A stretch of DNA of 53,337 nucleotides, filler included, from Sluysia triapertura (Eukaryota): NCBI GenBank assembly GCA_046118255.1. It is 4 parts of 4 records of this genome, joined end to end, with 100 filler letters (N's around TTAATTAATTAA, not from the genome) between each part and the next. Parts side by side here need not be neighbours in the genome. Positions count along the whole stretch, not along the records: positions 29,928 to 41,158 come from JBJNIA010187102.1; positions 41,259 to 53,337 come from JBJNIA010141613.1; 2 more parts are not named here. One strand, given 5' to 3'. Shown here piece by piece: positions 35,500-47,770 of this stretch (positions within the stretch are counted from its first letter, which is position 1; each line of letters starts with the position of its first letter). A model generated the notes under the pieces. That model searched no databases. It was given only the letters and a program-made list of their open reading frames with translations, and was not told where the DNA came from. A program made the position numbers and the translations under genes.

Positions 35500-36750
35500 T
35501 GGATAATAGTATTATATAATATATTCAATATTATCATTTTGAACTATAAACGCCATAGATTTCGTGTCTGCAATTGCACAAAATATTTGAATGAATTCAA
35601 TTATAAAGATTTTGAATTACACATGACTATATTTAATATATCTAAATTTGAACGATTAAATAACTTATAGATAAATTTTTTTTAAATATGATACTCATGA
35701 TAGGACATTATTTTTATAACTCCATCTATTGATATATTGTATAAAAATAAATAAATTAATGAATCAATTATTAATTTATTATTAGTGGAAGAAAATACTT
35801 CCCATTCGCAGCAAACAAAGACTTAAATGAATTTATTAATACAGACATGAAGAACTTTTAGGAATAAGGTGTCAGTGTTTAAGAGGTTTTAGGACAGATA
35901 TCATATTTAATTATGCAGTAAAAATCTTGAAGGAGATATTTTGTATGCAATTCCAATTGATAATAAATCTGAATTTACTGATCACAGTAAACCACCATCA
36001 TTTGTTAGGCGCAAATTTCGAATCTGTACTACTACCAGCCGAGCAATATCAGCTAAGACATGAACCATTAGCTGCAGGTTTATTATTAGTAGGCTCAATA
36101 CGGCGTACTACAGTTTTGCTGATAATCAATGTCCAGTATGTTTTTTAAATATGATTTAAGAACTTTTCCAAAATATAGTTGTCTTATTACCAAGATCAAA
36201 GAAATGAATTTAACTACTTACGAACACACAAAATCATGTTGTGTGTAAATGAAGAAACTAAACTAGTTAAAGATCATGACCATTTTAGTGGTAAGTATTT
36301 AAGTGCATGATGTTGTAATAAATGCAATTTAAAGTAGAAAAATTTGTCCGACTTTACGCGCAATTTACGTTATTTACATGAATTTATGACATTCGTCATA
36401 TGTTAATATATGCGTTAGGTGAATTATTAAATTGGGAAATAACGCGTATAACACAAAGATAAAAAAGTTTCAAACCTTATTTGCTTATACTAAATCATTA
36501 AAAAAATTTCAATTGAATTACCAAGTTGTTTAAATAGTAAAGTATTTTCAAATAGCGCAACAAAATCAAAAGGGTTTTTCAGTATCATATGCAACTTCAC
36601 TCTGTATATTACAAAATATTAAATCATTATCACCAAAGTTGTATAATGAATCAAGTGATCACGATATAATAAGGCATTAAAATGGGGCAAAAATTAAATG
36701 TACTAATGTAAGATTTTAACGTACTATTAAAAACGTAATTATGTACACAA
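35500..36750 (+). pseudogene. Polinton/Maverick-like protein-primed DNA polymerase B, N-terminal/exonuclease region (fossil)
   Basis: In order: HRFRV..KYLNEFNYKDFELHMTIFNISKFERLNNL*IN; INLLLVEENTSH; CQCLRGF; GANFESVLLP..YQLRHEP (cf. YADFESIL, Exo I); VKDHDHFSGKYLSA*CCNKCNLK (cf. VRDHCHxTGKYRGAAHxxCNL, EndoVII-like insert, 36266-36335); KGFF. Confidence 0.8.
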
Positions 36751-39147
36751 ATAAAGACAACTTTAAAAATTCAATTAAATTTACTGACGAATTGATTGCG
36801 CTTTTACTAAGAAAAGTGTGCTTACACCTGATTTAATCTTAGAAAACGGTTATAAATAATGATATCCGTTGTACGCAGTTTAGGATTAATTTTAGTCAGT
36901 TATTTCCTATTTTAAGTTGTAGTCGATTGTATAATACGTGCAAGTATAGTATAAAAGCGGTTAAATTCGTTAAAATTGTCGTCGGGAAGCAGGGATAAAA
37001 TACCCCAAATGAAGTAAAAGTGAAATTTTTGGGTCAATGACAAAATTACTAAAATCGTATTGGGATAGTGGAGGTAAATGTATCCCGATCATGGGCAAAT
37101 TGATTTTGATTTAAGTAAATTAAGAATGCATCACTTACAATATGAAGAATTAAAAAAATATCGTCAGCAATTTAATCGTAAGATGAAAAATGCATTAATG
37201 TTAATGATTCTTTCTTAAATGAAATGATCAAAGGTGAATTATTGGAAACGTCAAATCATGATACAAATTGTCCAATGTATATTTAATTTTAATGTAAGAT
37301 AATTAAGTTTAGAATTACTAAAATTGTACTTAATGATTAAAGAAACAGGGTTAACCATACTTCATAATTTTAATTAGAAAACTTAATTCTTATTCTTAAG
37401 ATTTAAATTGAAATTATGATAGCATTCAGTTTCAGAAACTACAAAATTTTATATCGCTTACAAGAAATGGATACAATATATTTTCCGAAAGATTTGATTC
37501 AATTAATTAATCACAATATAATTTTTTAAATCCTTTAGAAGTTTCTCCTTTAAATTTATCATTTTAGCATTTGTATAGTAGTTCTGCTCATTGAAGTTAT
37601 TTGTTTCTAAATAATAAGCACTTAGTTTAAACATTATCTTTTGAATTTGATAGTTTATCTAGACCAATTGAGTAGCATCATTTAAATATTTTTGAGACTA
37701 AATTCATATCATCCACAATTAGTAACCAAGACAAACCGATAAATCTTTTCGCTAAATACTTTATTAAATTATTAATTATTAAAAAATAATTAAAAATATA
37801 AATTTCTTTTAAATCTAATTTAAAAAGCTTGCTTTTATTAATACTATAAATATAAACATTTGATAAACAAACAATAAATAAACCTAACGTGAATGAAAAG
37901 AAATTAATGTAATATAAGAAATTAATAAATTAAATGAAAAAAAATTAATACACTAATATACTATATTAATATAGTTTAAATTTCAAAAGTTTTTGCATAA
38001 CGGAAATTTATTTTTGAAAATATTTATAATTTATTTTAAATATAATCATTTAAATCTATTATAAACACAAAACGGAAAACTGAAATTTATTTGAATTTTA
38101 AATAAATAATAATTCAAGGAAATCATTTAGTATATAAGTAAGTTATTTAGTAAAAAATTAACATACAAGTTGTTTTTGACATTATGTGATGCATCCCTAA
38201 GAGGAGTTACCTGTACGCCATTTATATTTCACATATATACATAGTTACATTATTTTACAAATCAAAATTTTTTACATTAAAGTTAAAAAACTGCTCAAAA
38301 AATTTTCTTGTCTTAAAACAGCATTACAATCTTTAGGACAAGCAGTTTTAATTTTCAGAAATAACTTGGCGATGTTTGCATTTTTTTACTCACGCGAGTG
38401 AAACGATTGATTAATACGAATATTTATACATGCATTTAACAGTTTAATACTCCACCAAATGAATCTAGTGACAGGGTAACAAACTAAGGATTGAAATAAA
38501 TTTAAAATAACACGTATTTAGAAAATAATTTGTTAAAACAAAAATACATAATCAACAGGTTAATTTTGAAATTTCAGGATTTATTTTTTTCCATAAAATA
38601 ATGTAAATTCAATATATTATTATATTCAATATTTATTTATTCTAATACATAAATAAATAAATGCTTAATACAAGTGAAAGCATTACGAAATTAAATTGAA
38701 TTAGAACAGTAAACACAAAATTTATACAGAATATTATGTACATTTTAATTTTTACTCTGCCCTTAAAGTTAATACCAATTTTTAGCTCAAAGCCCAAAAC
38801 GTTTCTCAGTAAAAAATTAATTTCATTTTGAGTAGCATAAAGTAAAAGCCTATTTAGTGTACGTAACTTCACATCTAAAACATTTTAAATTTGATTCATA
38901 CTTTTAATTTTACTAAATCAAAAGTAGTCAATTAGAAGTCCATGAGCCATTCAATAAGCTGTAACTTATCAGAAATTTAACTATTTTGTGATTCCGGAGT
39001 CATTGAATGTCAAGAGTTGAAAAAATTACTTTAATTGAAAAGTTTATCTAATATAGACAGTGTCAAGAAAATTTAAATTTTACATTTTTTACAGAAAAGA
39101 TTATCCATTTGGTAGTATACTTTCGCTTTAAACAAATTAAATCAAAC

Positions 39148-39737
39148 CTTTGTTGGTGGTGTATTAGGCCCGTCAACAAATACCTTGTCCAAAATTCTAG
39201 CACTCATTTCTTGACGCAATTGCTGAAAATACGATCGTAATTTTTCCACTTCGGCATTAGATTTCGGTTTAGAATAAATACTTGAGAGTTCATTAGGAAA
39301 ATTTGGTTCACCAGGTAAATCAAATTTAGCTAAACCAAGTGCAGTTAATTCTTTTTCACCTTGAATACTATTACTAGCTTTCTGAAGTACTTTAAGGCAT
39401 TCAATAATATAAAGCATCAAATACACTAAAACTCTATCTGCTTCAGACTAAATAGGAATTAATAAAAATGATTTTAAGATAAATACTTCTATTTGGAAAT
39501 TTTTAAAAAATACCAATGATTTAAAATAATATAATGCTTCATCAATTATATCTTCTTGATTGTTATCCACTAAAAATAATAAAAAATAATAACATCTCTC
39601 TACTCATTGTTGGAGCTGGTCCTTTAAATTTTGTTTTCAATGGAAGCAATGCAACATTGCCTATTTTTTGAGGAGCATCAGCAAACTTCGAATTATATGA
39701 CTAAAGAAAGTTAAACACAAAATTATAATCATACCAT
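39148..39737 (-). CDS. ARPC3: ARP2/3 complex subunit 3 (p21-Arc), exons 1-4
   Basis: Exons 39737-39735 (ATG), 39700-39604, 39569-39487, 39447-39148; introns 34, 34 and 39 nt, all GT-AG; MSYNSKF..IGNVALLPLKTKFKGPAP..DIIDEALYYFK..VFFKNFQIESEADRVLVYL..FDLPGEPNFP..YFQQLRQE; 180 aa with the last exon. Confidence 0.96.
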
Positions 39738-40313
39738 TGTATAATTAAATTTTTATTGTTTAATAAAAATTTAAACTGAAATTATTTCAAATCTGATAAA
39801 TATTATATTTAAATTAATGTTATTTATATATTTTAATAAAAATATTATAGCTATGAATACATTTATAGAACAATAATTACTATATATTTTAAGATACAAC
39901 AATTCGGAAGAAATAAAAATTAAATGTTAGCCGTGGTTTTAAGGAAATTTATATTTAACTGTTTAAATAATAATTATATTTAAATTTATCATATATTTAA
40001 TTCAATTAAGTGTTATATTTTTCTTTTTTAAAATATAAAATTAATTAAAAAAGTATTATACTTAAAACGATTATTGAAGTTTTTTAAATATTTGATGTTT
40101 AAATAAATACTGAATTTGGAATCAATAGCATCGAAAGTAGTGTTAAAGGAACAGAAGATCTAATAACTGCATGGATAAAATGGTTTGGAAATAAATATTT
40201 TAGAGTTAATAAAAATGTAGAATTAATAATTTTCAGTAATAAAAATAGTTAATGCCAAAATAAATGAAACAAAGGTAATTGTAGTAGTGTGAAATTAAAA
40301 GTACAGAACATGC

Positions 40314-40971
40314 CAGGCATGGCAAACTTACGGCCCTCGTAATTAATTTATGTGGTCTGCAAGCAAATTTTCAACATAAAATTCAACTTCCAGTTATTAA
40401 CTAAGTGAATTCACGATTAATTTTTATTATCCACAGTGATAATAAGCTAGGTGATAGGTTATATACCGTTTATGTTTCAAAAATATACAACCAGCTATCA
40501 GAAAATGTCAAATTACTGGAAGATTATAAAATATTTAAGAAAATGGCGTAGTTATTCTGTTTCAGAAATAATATAGCGTATGATTTATTTTAGGCGCATT
40601 TGAGTACTTACTTTGTGGTAGGTATGAGCGCAATATAAATTAATATAATAATCAGTTGTTATTTAATGCATTAAATTTGTTTAAACAGAATATTTAATTT
40701 GCAGTGTAGTGGTCTCCAAGTCTTTATTAAAATTTAACATTGCTTCACTTAGTTAAGATATTATTTACCTATTTTAATACTTTATTCTAAGAAACCTTTC
40801 CTCCCAAGGATGGCTTCCAAAAATCAAAAAGTAGTATCTAAATAAAAGTACAACACGATCAAGAATGAATGATTCTCATTTGAAGGCTGTGTTAACAATA
40901 GCCACTACAAGTATAGAACCAGATATTAAAAAATAATACGCGATGAAAACTTTCTCAATACTCCACATTAG
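40314..40971 (+). mobile_element. Internally deleted Buster/SPIN-type hAT element
   Basis: Left end CAGGCATGGCAAACTTACGGCCC; transposase C-terminus NKSTTRSRMNDSHLKAVLTIATTSIEPDIKK at about 40840-40935. Confidence 0.75.
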
Positions 40972-41158
40972 TTATGCTAAATTGATGTTTTGATATCTTA
41001 AAATTATTTACAGACAGGTTATAGTAAAAGTTTCTTAACACCTATGTTGTGTTTTTCGTTAAAATCAATAACCCTTTTTAAAAAAACTAAAATCAAATAA
41101 AACTAAATCTCTATATATTTTTATATATCAATTATACAAATCAAATATTATAACACAA

Positions 41159-41258
41159 NNNNNNNNNNNNNNNNNNNNNNNNNNNNNNNNNNNNNNNNNN
41201 NNTTAATTAATTAANNNNNNNNNNNNNNNNNNNNNNNNNNNNNNNNNNNNNNNNNNNN
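41159..41258. other. Artificial contig linker
   Basis: N44-TTAATTAATTAA-N44. Confidence 0.97.
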
Positions 41259-41465
41259 CTCCTTTGTTATCCAATAATTTCCTGATCCTTAAAGGCGTGC
41301 CACGGATGAGCTTGGGGCACAAGTCTTTGATCTCGTTATCATAATATCAGGGTTTCAATATGTTCCATCCTGATGGTTGGTTTATGGTTAGAAAATCTCC
41401 TTTTGACAATCTTCCACAGATTTTCTATGAGATTCATGTCTGGAGAGTTTTCAGGCCAGTGTAGC
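41259..41465 (-). mobile_element. Tc1-family transposase C-terminal fragment
   Basis: LHWPENSPDMNLIENLWKIVKRR...CPKLIRGTPLRIRKLLDNKG (SPDLNPIE motif). Confidence 0.9.
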
Positions 41466-42199
41466 AAATATTAAGAAAACTAAAGAAAAACATATCTTTC
41501 CTGTTTTAGTCTGATAATTTGGCAACCACAGTTTTAAGAGGAACAATAAAATATTAATTTCATCATATGCATCTTAATTCTACAAAAATAAAATTGATTT
41601 TATTGATTTTATAAAAGTTTGATCTGTATTGAAGAATTTTATAATTTAATCTTTTGAACCAATCATTTGAGTTTTAAATAACATTTCAAATTAGTAAAAG
41701 ATTGAACAAAGTAATCGAAATTATTAATTAAATATGTTGATTGATTTCATAATATTAACTGGAACATATTTCTGATATTTTACTCATATCATCATAAGTC
41801 ATAATATCTAAAATTAATTAATTAATTAAAATCTGACTGTAGCAAATAAATTAATTAGTTTGGCCGGATTTAAGAAATGAATTTTGCAATTTTCAGAGAC
41901 AGTTAAAAGTGCTTACGTATCATTTATATTTCGAATTTGTGAATTGCTCAGAATGACGTTATAAAGTTTAATTTGAGTAAAGAATTTTTGTTTGTAATTA
42001 TTAAAATATTAAAACATTTAAGATGAAACAAATTTTCCATGTTCCATTTCTAAAGTCAAAAGTTTTATTAGTAAACTATAAATTGTTCAAGTCTTTGCAT
42101 AATTAACCACAGAAATAACACAAATATTAAAAATATTTTCTCGGATCATTTCACAATTTGTGCTCAGTCATAATGAAACAAATATTAAGTTATAATTTC

Positions 42200-42430
42200 C
42201 AAAAACCTCATAATAATAATATTAATAATAATAAATATTATAAAGGTGTAAAATAAAATTGATACATAGGACGTCACATCCATCTTAAAGAAAAATAGTA
42301 TGTCAAGCATTGATTAACACAAAAGACAACATATATATGTTAGGATTAGTTAAGGATAAGGAGAAACATAAGGGTTATGAGTCATGATATAGAAGCGAAA
42401 TATACATCATTGAAGAATTAAGACGGAGTA
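42200..42430 (+). pseudogene. Polinton-type retroviral-like integrase, C-terminal remnant
   Basis: NNKYYKGVK...DVT, then YVRIS/KDKEKHKGYES*YRSEIYIIEE (cf. YNNxxHxxIxxxPxDV...VRISKxKxxFxKGYxxxWSxEIFxI). Confidence 0.6.
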
Positions 42431-45400
42431 TAATGATAAATCATAATAACAATGTAAGTGTATAAAATATTTGAATAAAAACAAAAGAATGAAAAATACG
42501 AAGAAATAACCTTTTACCAACACAAATTTTACTACTGAGAAGAATAATATAGATATTGATATAAAATTATATCCGATTTTATATTATTACGGATTTCGAA
42601 CAGCAATTTGTAAAGTTACACATTAATTTAAGTTAAACTTACCAACTTATATCAATAATTTATCTTGATACTCTATGACAGAAATAGATATTTCAAAGAA
42701 ATTATACAATCCAATGATATTCCTCTTTTTAAGGAGAATTGTAACACAAATTTGCAAGACTAATATCGACCACTTGCAGCTTTCAATCCGAATTTACTTG
42801 GAGTAAATGTGATTTAACGGTACAACCACAACTTTCATAAATCGAGTTCAAGTTAGTCAATCCAAGCTAATACATAAGCGATTTTCATAGAACCAGTTAG
42901 ACCTTCCGTAAAAAAATTCCAGCAAAATATAGACGGATTTGTCAGATAAATATTTCATTTTTTGCAACGAGTTTAATATTAAAGAAAAATATTTTGTATG
43001 ATATTAATATTACTATGGAACATTTTCTACAATGAACATAAATTAATTATAAAATAATTAAATTAATTAATTGATTATAAAATTTATAAAATTATAAATT
43101 AATTATAAAATTAATTATTATGAATAAAAATCAGATGTCCCAAATAAATGTATAGCCACTAATTGTTAAAGTGTAAATCAAATAATTAACAATCAAATTT
43201 TAATGAACACTAATAATTTAATAAACCAAAGGTTATACGATCCACCAGAATTTAATATATAAGAGAACAAGTTTTAGTCTTTTGCTAAAATTAGATAAAA
43301 TAAATTATTATAATAATAATAATATCATAATTATAATTATAATATCATTCAGGGTAAAACTCCAATTAAAAGGAAATTTAAAATATTGAAAAAGTATTTT
43401 ATTAAAATAGTAATAAAATATGAGAAATATTCAAAATGTTACTTTACAATGCAATAATGCGGTAAAAATCCAATTAATTATATTTAGAATATTACCATGG
43501 CTTTCTTAATTCTTAATCTACAGCAAAATAAATTTTAGCAGGGTTCATTTACAGTAAACGACTTATAACGTAAGGTGGGCGTCCCTGTTACAAAATAGAG
43601 AAATGTAACTTCAACGTATTATAATCAAAATCCAATAACTAAACAAATTCAGAATATCGATATATTCTTTGAATTATCAAAAAATTACAATTTAAAGATA
43701 TAAATTATTCTTTATAAAAATATTACAAACTACTCTCTAAAACAACACAAATTACGCTTTAAAAACAAATGGCAACCAGGGGTGACACAACTTCGCACCC
43801 GTATTAATGCAAAAGATACTCAATACAAAATAAATCACTAACCTTAGATCCTCTAACTCTAAATATTTATGTTAATCAATTACTAAAGAATAAGCCCGGT
43901 ATCACCCTTAACCACAGATGTATCAAGACAGCATCCCTCAGCTAGAAAGTTTTGGTATCGCAACTATAACTTTTGTCTCTGTCGTTTTTATTTCTAACTC
44001 TATGCAAAAATATAACTGCTTATATAACAGTTTTATGATGCTGTATGAAATTAAAATCAGAAATTGAACAAGACGGAAATTAAAGCTGTTTATTCTCTTT
44101 TAGTCGACTAATTTTTCCATCTATGTTCAAGTTCAATTTCATTTTAATTATTTAAAGTTAATAGGATTTGTGGGCAACAATCCCCTTATCTTCTTAATAT
44201 CACATTATCAAAATTTAAAATCTTTGTCATATTGCTATTATACCAATAACGTAATTTGTCAACTTAATTTAAAAATAAAATTTATATAATAATAAATCTA
44301 TTATTCAAGTATTTCACATACTTATCTTATTATTACAATTCATCATAATCCCCTATATCAATTCCTCAATAACGTTCACCTTATTCTGTTATCTTGAGTC
44401 TTGAACCTTTATATCTACCTTTACCCTTCACCAATCTCAACATAACTGTAGGGGAACCCTAAGTTAAAGCTAGAGTAAAATATAATGATTAGAGTAAAAT
44501 AAAATGATTATAGATGTTTTCATCTTCATCATTCTTATTCCAGGAATGTTTTATCATGTTTTACTATTTCTTAGGAACCATTTAAAAAGATTAGAATAGA
44601 AACAAATTCCATTATCACACATTCTAATTCTTATTAATTCTTTTATGCAATATTTTAAAAAGTTGCCAAAATCGAATTATGAAACATTTAAGAAAGAGAT
44701 AAAGTTCTTTCTGTTTCAGAAATGATACATTGCGTGATTTATTTTAAGTGATTTTGAGTATATTTCTGCAATATAAATTTATTTTATTCGATTTAAATAT
44801 TAATTTTGTTTTATTTCATTTGATTTTTTGGAATCGATAAAGAAAAATTTAAAGACAGAGATTTAAGAAAATATATTGAAGAATTGATATGAATAAATCT
44901 TTAGAACACATAAATAGATTTAGCAGATTAAATTTGAACCTTATTTAAGAATAAATATTTGCATAAAATCCTGCAGACAAGCTTATGATCAGTTATAAGA
45001 TTTGGATTTAGGTGAGCTCACCTAATTAAATAATAAATTCATTCTGTGATTAAGATTACAGTATACAATTTGTAGACATTGTTATATTCACCTTTGATAG
45101 TTTTTGTCCTAATTGTACTATAAATTGTGTATAAATTTTATAGAAGTATTAATTCCTTGTTCATTTAATCTTCGTTTATATTAATCTCTTAAATTATTAT
45201 GTACTTTTAAAATTCACATTTTAAATAGTGGAATAAAATCGTACTAGTAATAATTTTAAAATGCATTATCATCTTGAACTAATTCCACATTTTAAATAGT
45301 GGAATAAAATCCTAATAATAATAATAATTTTCAAATGCATTATCATCTTAAACTAATATTTTAATTAGTGAAGTAAAATCATTTATTACATTAGTTTAAA

Positions 45401-46756
45401 AGTGATATTTATTATTAATCAAAATAGTACACAAACACAATAACATTATTTACTCGCACATTTGAGAAATCACATTTAATCTTCAACTTCTTATCTCTTA
45501 AGTCCTGTTGACAAGCCATTTGTTGTCAATCTTAGATCAGAGGCGAACTCTACTAAGTAATTCCTTTCCATTTATGATAGGAATATTTTAATCAATAGAA
45601 ACCCACAATGATGATAAGTTAAATAGTTAGTTAAACCCATCACAACCTTTCAATTTAATGTAATTTCTAAAAAACATCTTTCAAAAAAGAAAATTCTATA
45701 ACTTTCTAGAAGACTTATTCAATTTTCATTGGTCACTGACTAGTATAAATATTAGTTTCAGTTGATAATTTGTCACAATTATACACTCGAGATACACTTT
45801 CGAATAGCTTTGAATTAAAACAAAGGATCGAAACGGGTTATGAAGCTCTGGAATTTCTTAAGAAATATATTTCTATTATGTTGACTTTAACTTTACTTAT
45901 GTTGAATTATCTTTGTATACATCTCTTTCATGTATGTCATGACAATCATGTTCAGCTTTTAAATGCAGAATTTCAATCGTGGTAAACTAAAATATAAGCG
46001 AGAACTTAAGTTTAAATCTTATTATGAAGCTTATCACTGAAACGATAAACGTTAATTCTTTTTTGTCAAAATCTAGGTAAAACAAAACATTTATTGGAAT
46101 CACAAAACGATACAATTCGAATTACCAACAATTTATTTAAATTCTTATAGCTATTTGAGCCTTAATTCTATTAAACCTATCAATATTAGAAACCTGTTCA
46201 TCATTTACATATATATTCCGTTAAGTATTGTGTAAATTTTATATTTCGTAATCTTTCTTCTGCAATATTTTAGTGTAAAATTTGAATAAAAATCTAAGGC
46301 GATATCATAAGCGAATCTTTTAAATAATAACAAAAATACACAAATACAAATAATGATAATATAACTGACTATAATAAAACAAAATTATTTGTAGTCTTCT
46401 TTTCTTTATTTTACTTCTTTCACCTGTTATTTTAATTTTAATTTTTGTCTCTCATTTAATTTTATCTCTCATTTTCATTGTTAATATTTGTTTGTGCTTT
46501 ATGTATTTATATTTTATCATTCTCCTCTAGCCATTCCATTCATTTAATTTGTGTGTTTATGTATGATGACATGACTGTAGTCCTAAAAGTCATTATCCGT
46601 TTCTTTTTATGCAGTAGCATTTCACCATGCATTAAGGAAACACTAATAATCATATAATTACTTGATCCCATTATATACATATATACATTTTGATTATTTA
46701 TATTATATGTGTAATACTTGTTATACTGTTAAAATAAATGTATTAAATTTATCGAA

Positions 46757-46820
46757 CTGTGAAGTGAAAGGTTTCGGGTTCGATTTCCGGTCAGTTCATT
46801 TATTGAAGCCTAACATTATA
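46757..46820 (+). mobile_element. Second, 5'-truncated copy of the tRNA-derived SINE
   Basis: CTGTGAAGTGAAAGGTTTCGGGTTCGATTTCCGGTCAGTTCATTTATTGAAGCCTAACATTATA aligns with 35259-35323. Confidence 0.75.
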
Positions 46821-47150
46821 AACTTTTCAGATAAAAGACATTTCAATAAAATTTTAAAATTGCCACAAAAACCCTAATAGAAATACAATATTGTTTTAGT
46901 AAATATGTGTGATGATAGGAACGAAACATTGTTCTACTAATGTGAGACTTGTATCTGCCAACAAAAGATCTGTCAAAAGCTTGAATATAAACTCTATTAT
47001 ATCTCTTAACAAAAACTGTAACTTCATAGTCACCAACTTTAAATAGATCGTTAAGATTTAAATTCATAGTCAGACATCATTTGACAAAATAACAGCTATA
47101 TCAGGTGCTTTTACAAAAAATATGTTTAATTTCATAATACGGATTATTCG

Positions 47151-47740
47151 TGTAGTGGACTCCAAATCATCTCATCACAATCATAATTACATTTCATCAC
47201 AAAACAGCACTTCTTACATAAACAAATTACTAAACAGACTATTCAATTCATACAAAACATAAACATAGCTATAATAATTTATAATCACTATAATTTTACA
47301 ATTAATATAAAATTCGCGTTTTATAAAGCAGAAATGATTTTTAATTGTACGAAGTATTTGTAAAATTACAATTCTACTACTACTCTTATTATTATTTATA
47401 TTTATTATTATTATTTAAAATTTTAGTTAGGTTTTAAAAATTTAAACAATTTTGAGTGAAGTAGAAGTAGCAGAAATAATAATAACAATAGGAGTAATAG
47501 AACAATAATAACAGTGATAATAGCAGTTATAACAGTAACAGTCGCAAAATTATTACAACAATATTTATAATTATTATGATACTAATTATGACAATAATAA
47601 TTGTAAAATTAAAATTATTATAAATTATTACTGCTATGTTTATGTTTTGTACGTAATTTGTTTAGTAATTTGTTTATTTAAGAATTGTTATTATGTGATG
47701 GAATGTGTTTATGATTGTAATGAGTTTGTTGTGGTTTTCT
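47151..47740. repeat. Foldback: two inverted copies of the TGTAGTGG A/C-rich repeat
   Basis: Shared blocks TAAACAAATTACTAAACA and TACAAAACATAAACATAGC..TAATAATTTATAAT occur forward at about 47220-47290 and reverse-complemented at about 47615-47680. Confidence 0.75.
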
Positions 47741-47770
47741 TAATGATAAACCTAAGGAAAAATAAAAAAA

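Noticed and set aside
39060-39147. Nearby terminal exon for ARPC3
   Set aside because: Candidate acceptors give unrelated peptides; the canonical WWxCFxKRKF exon is at 34903-34962.
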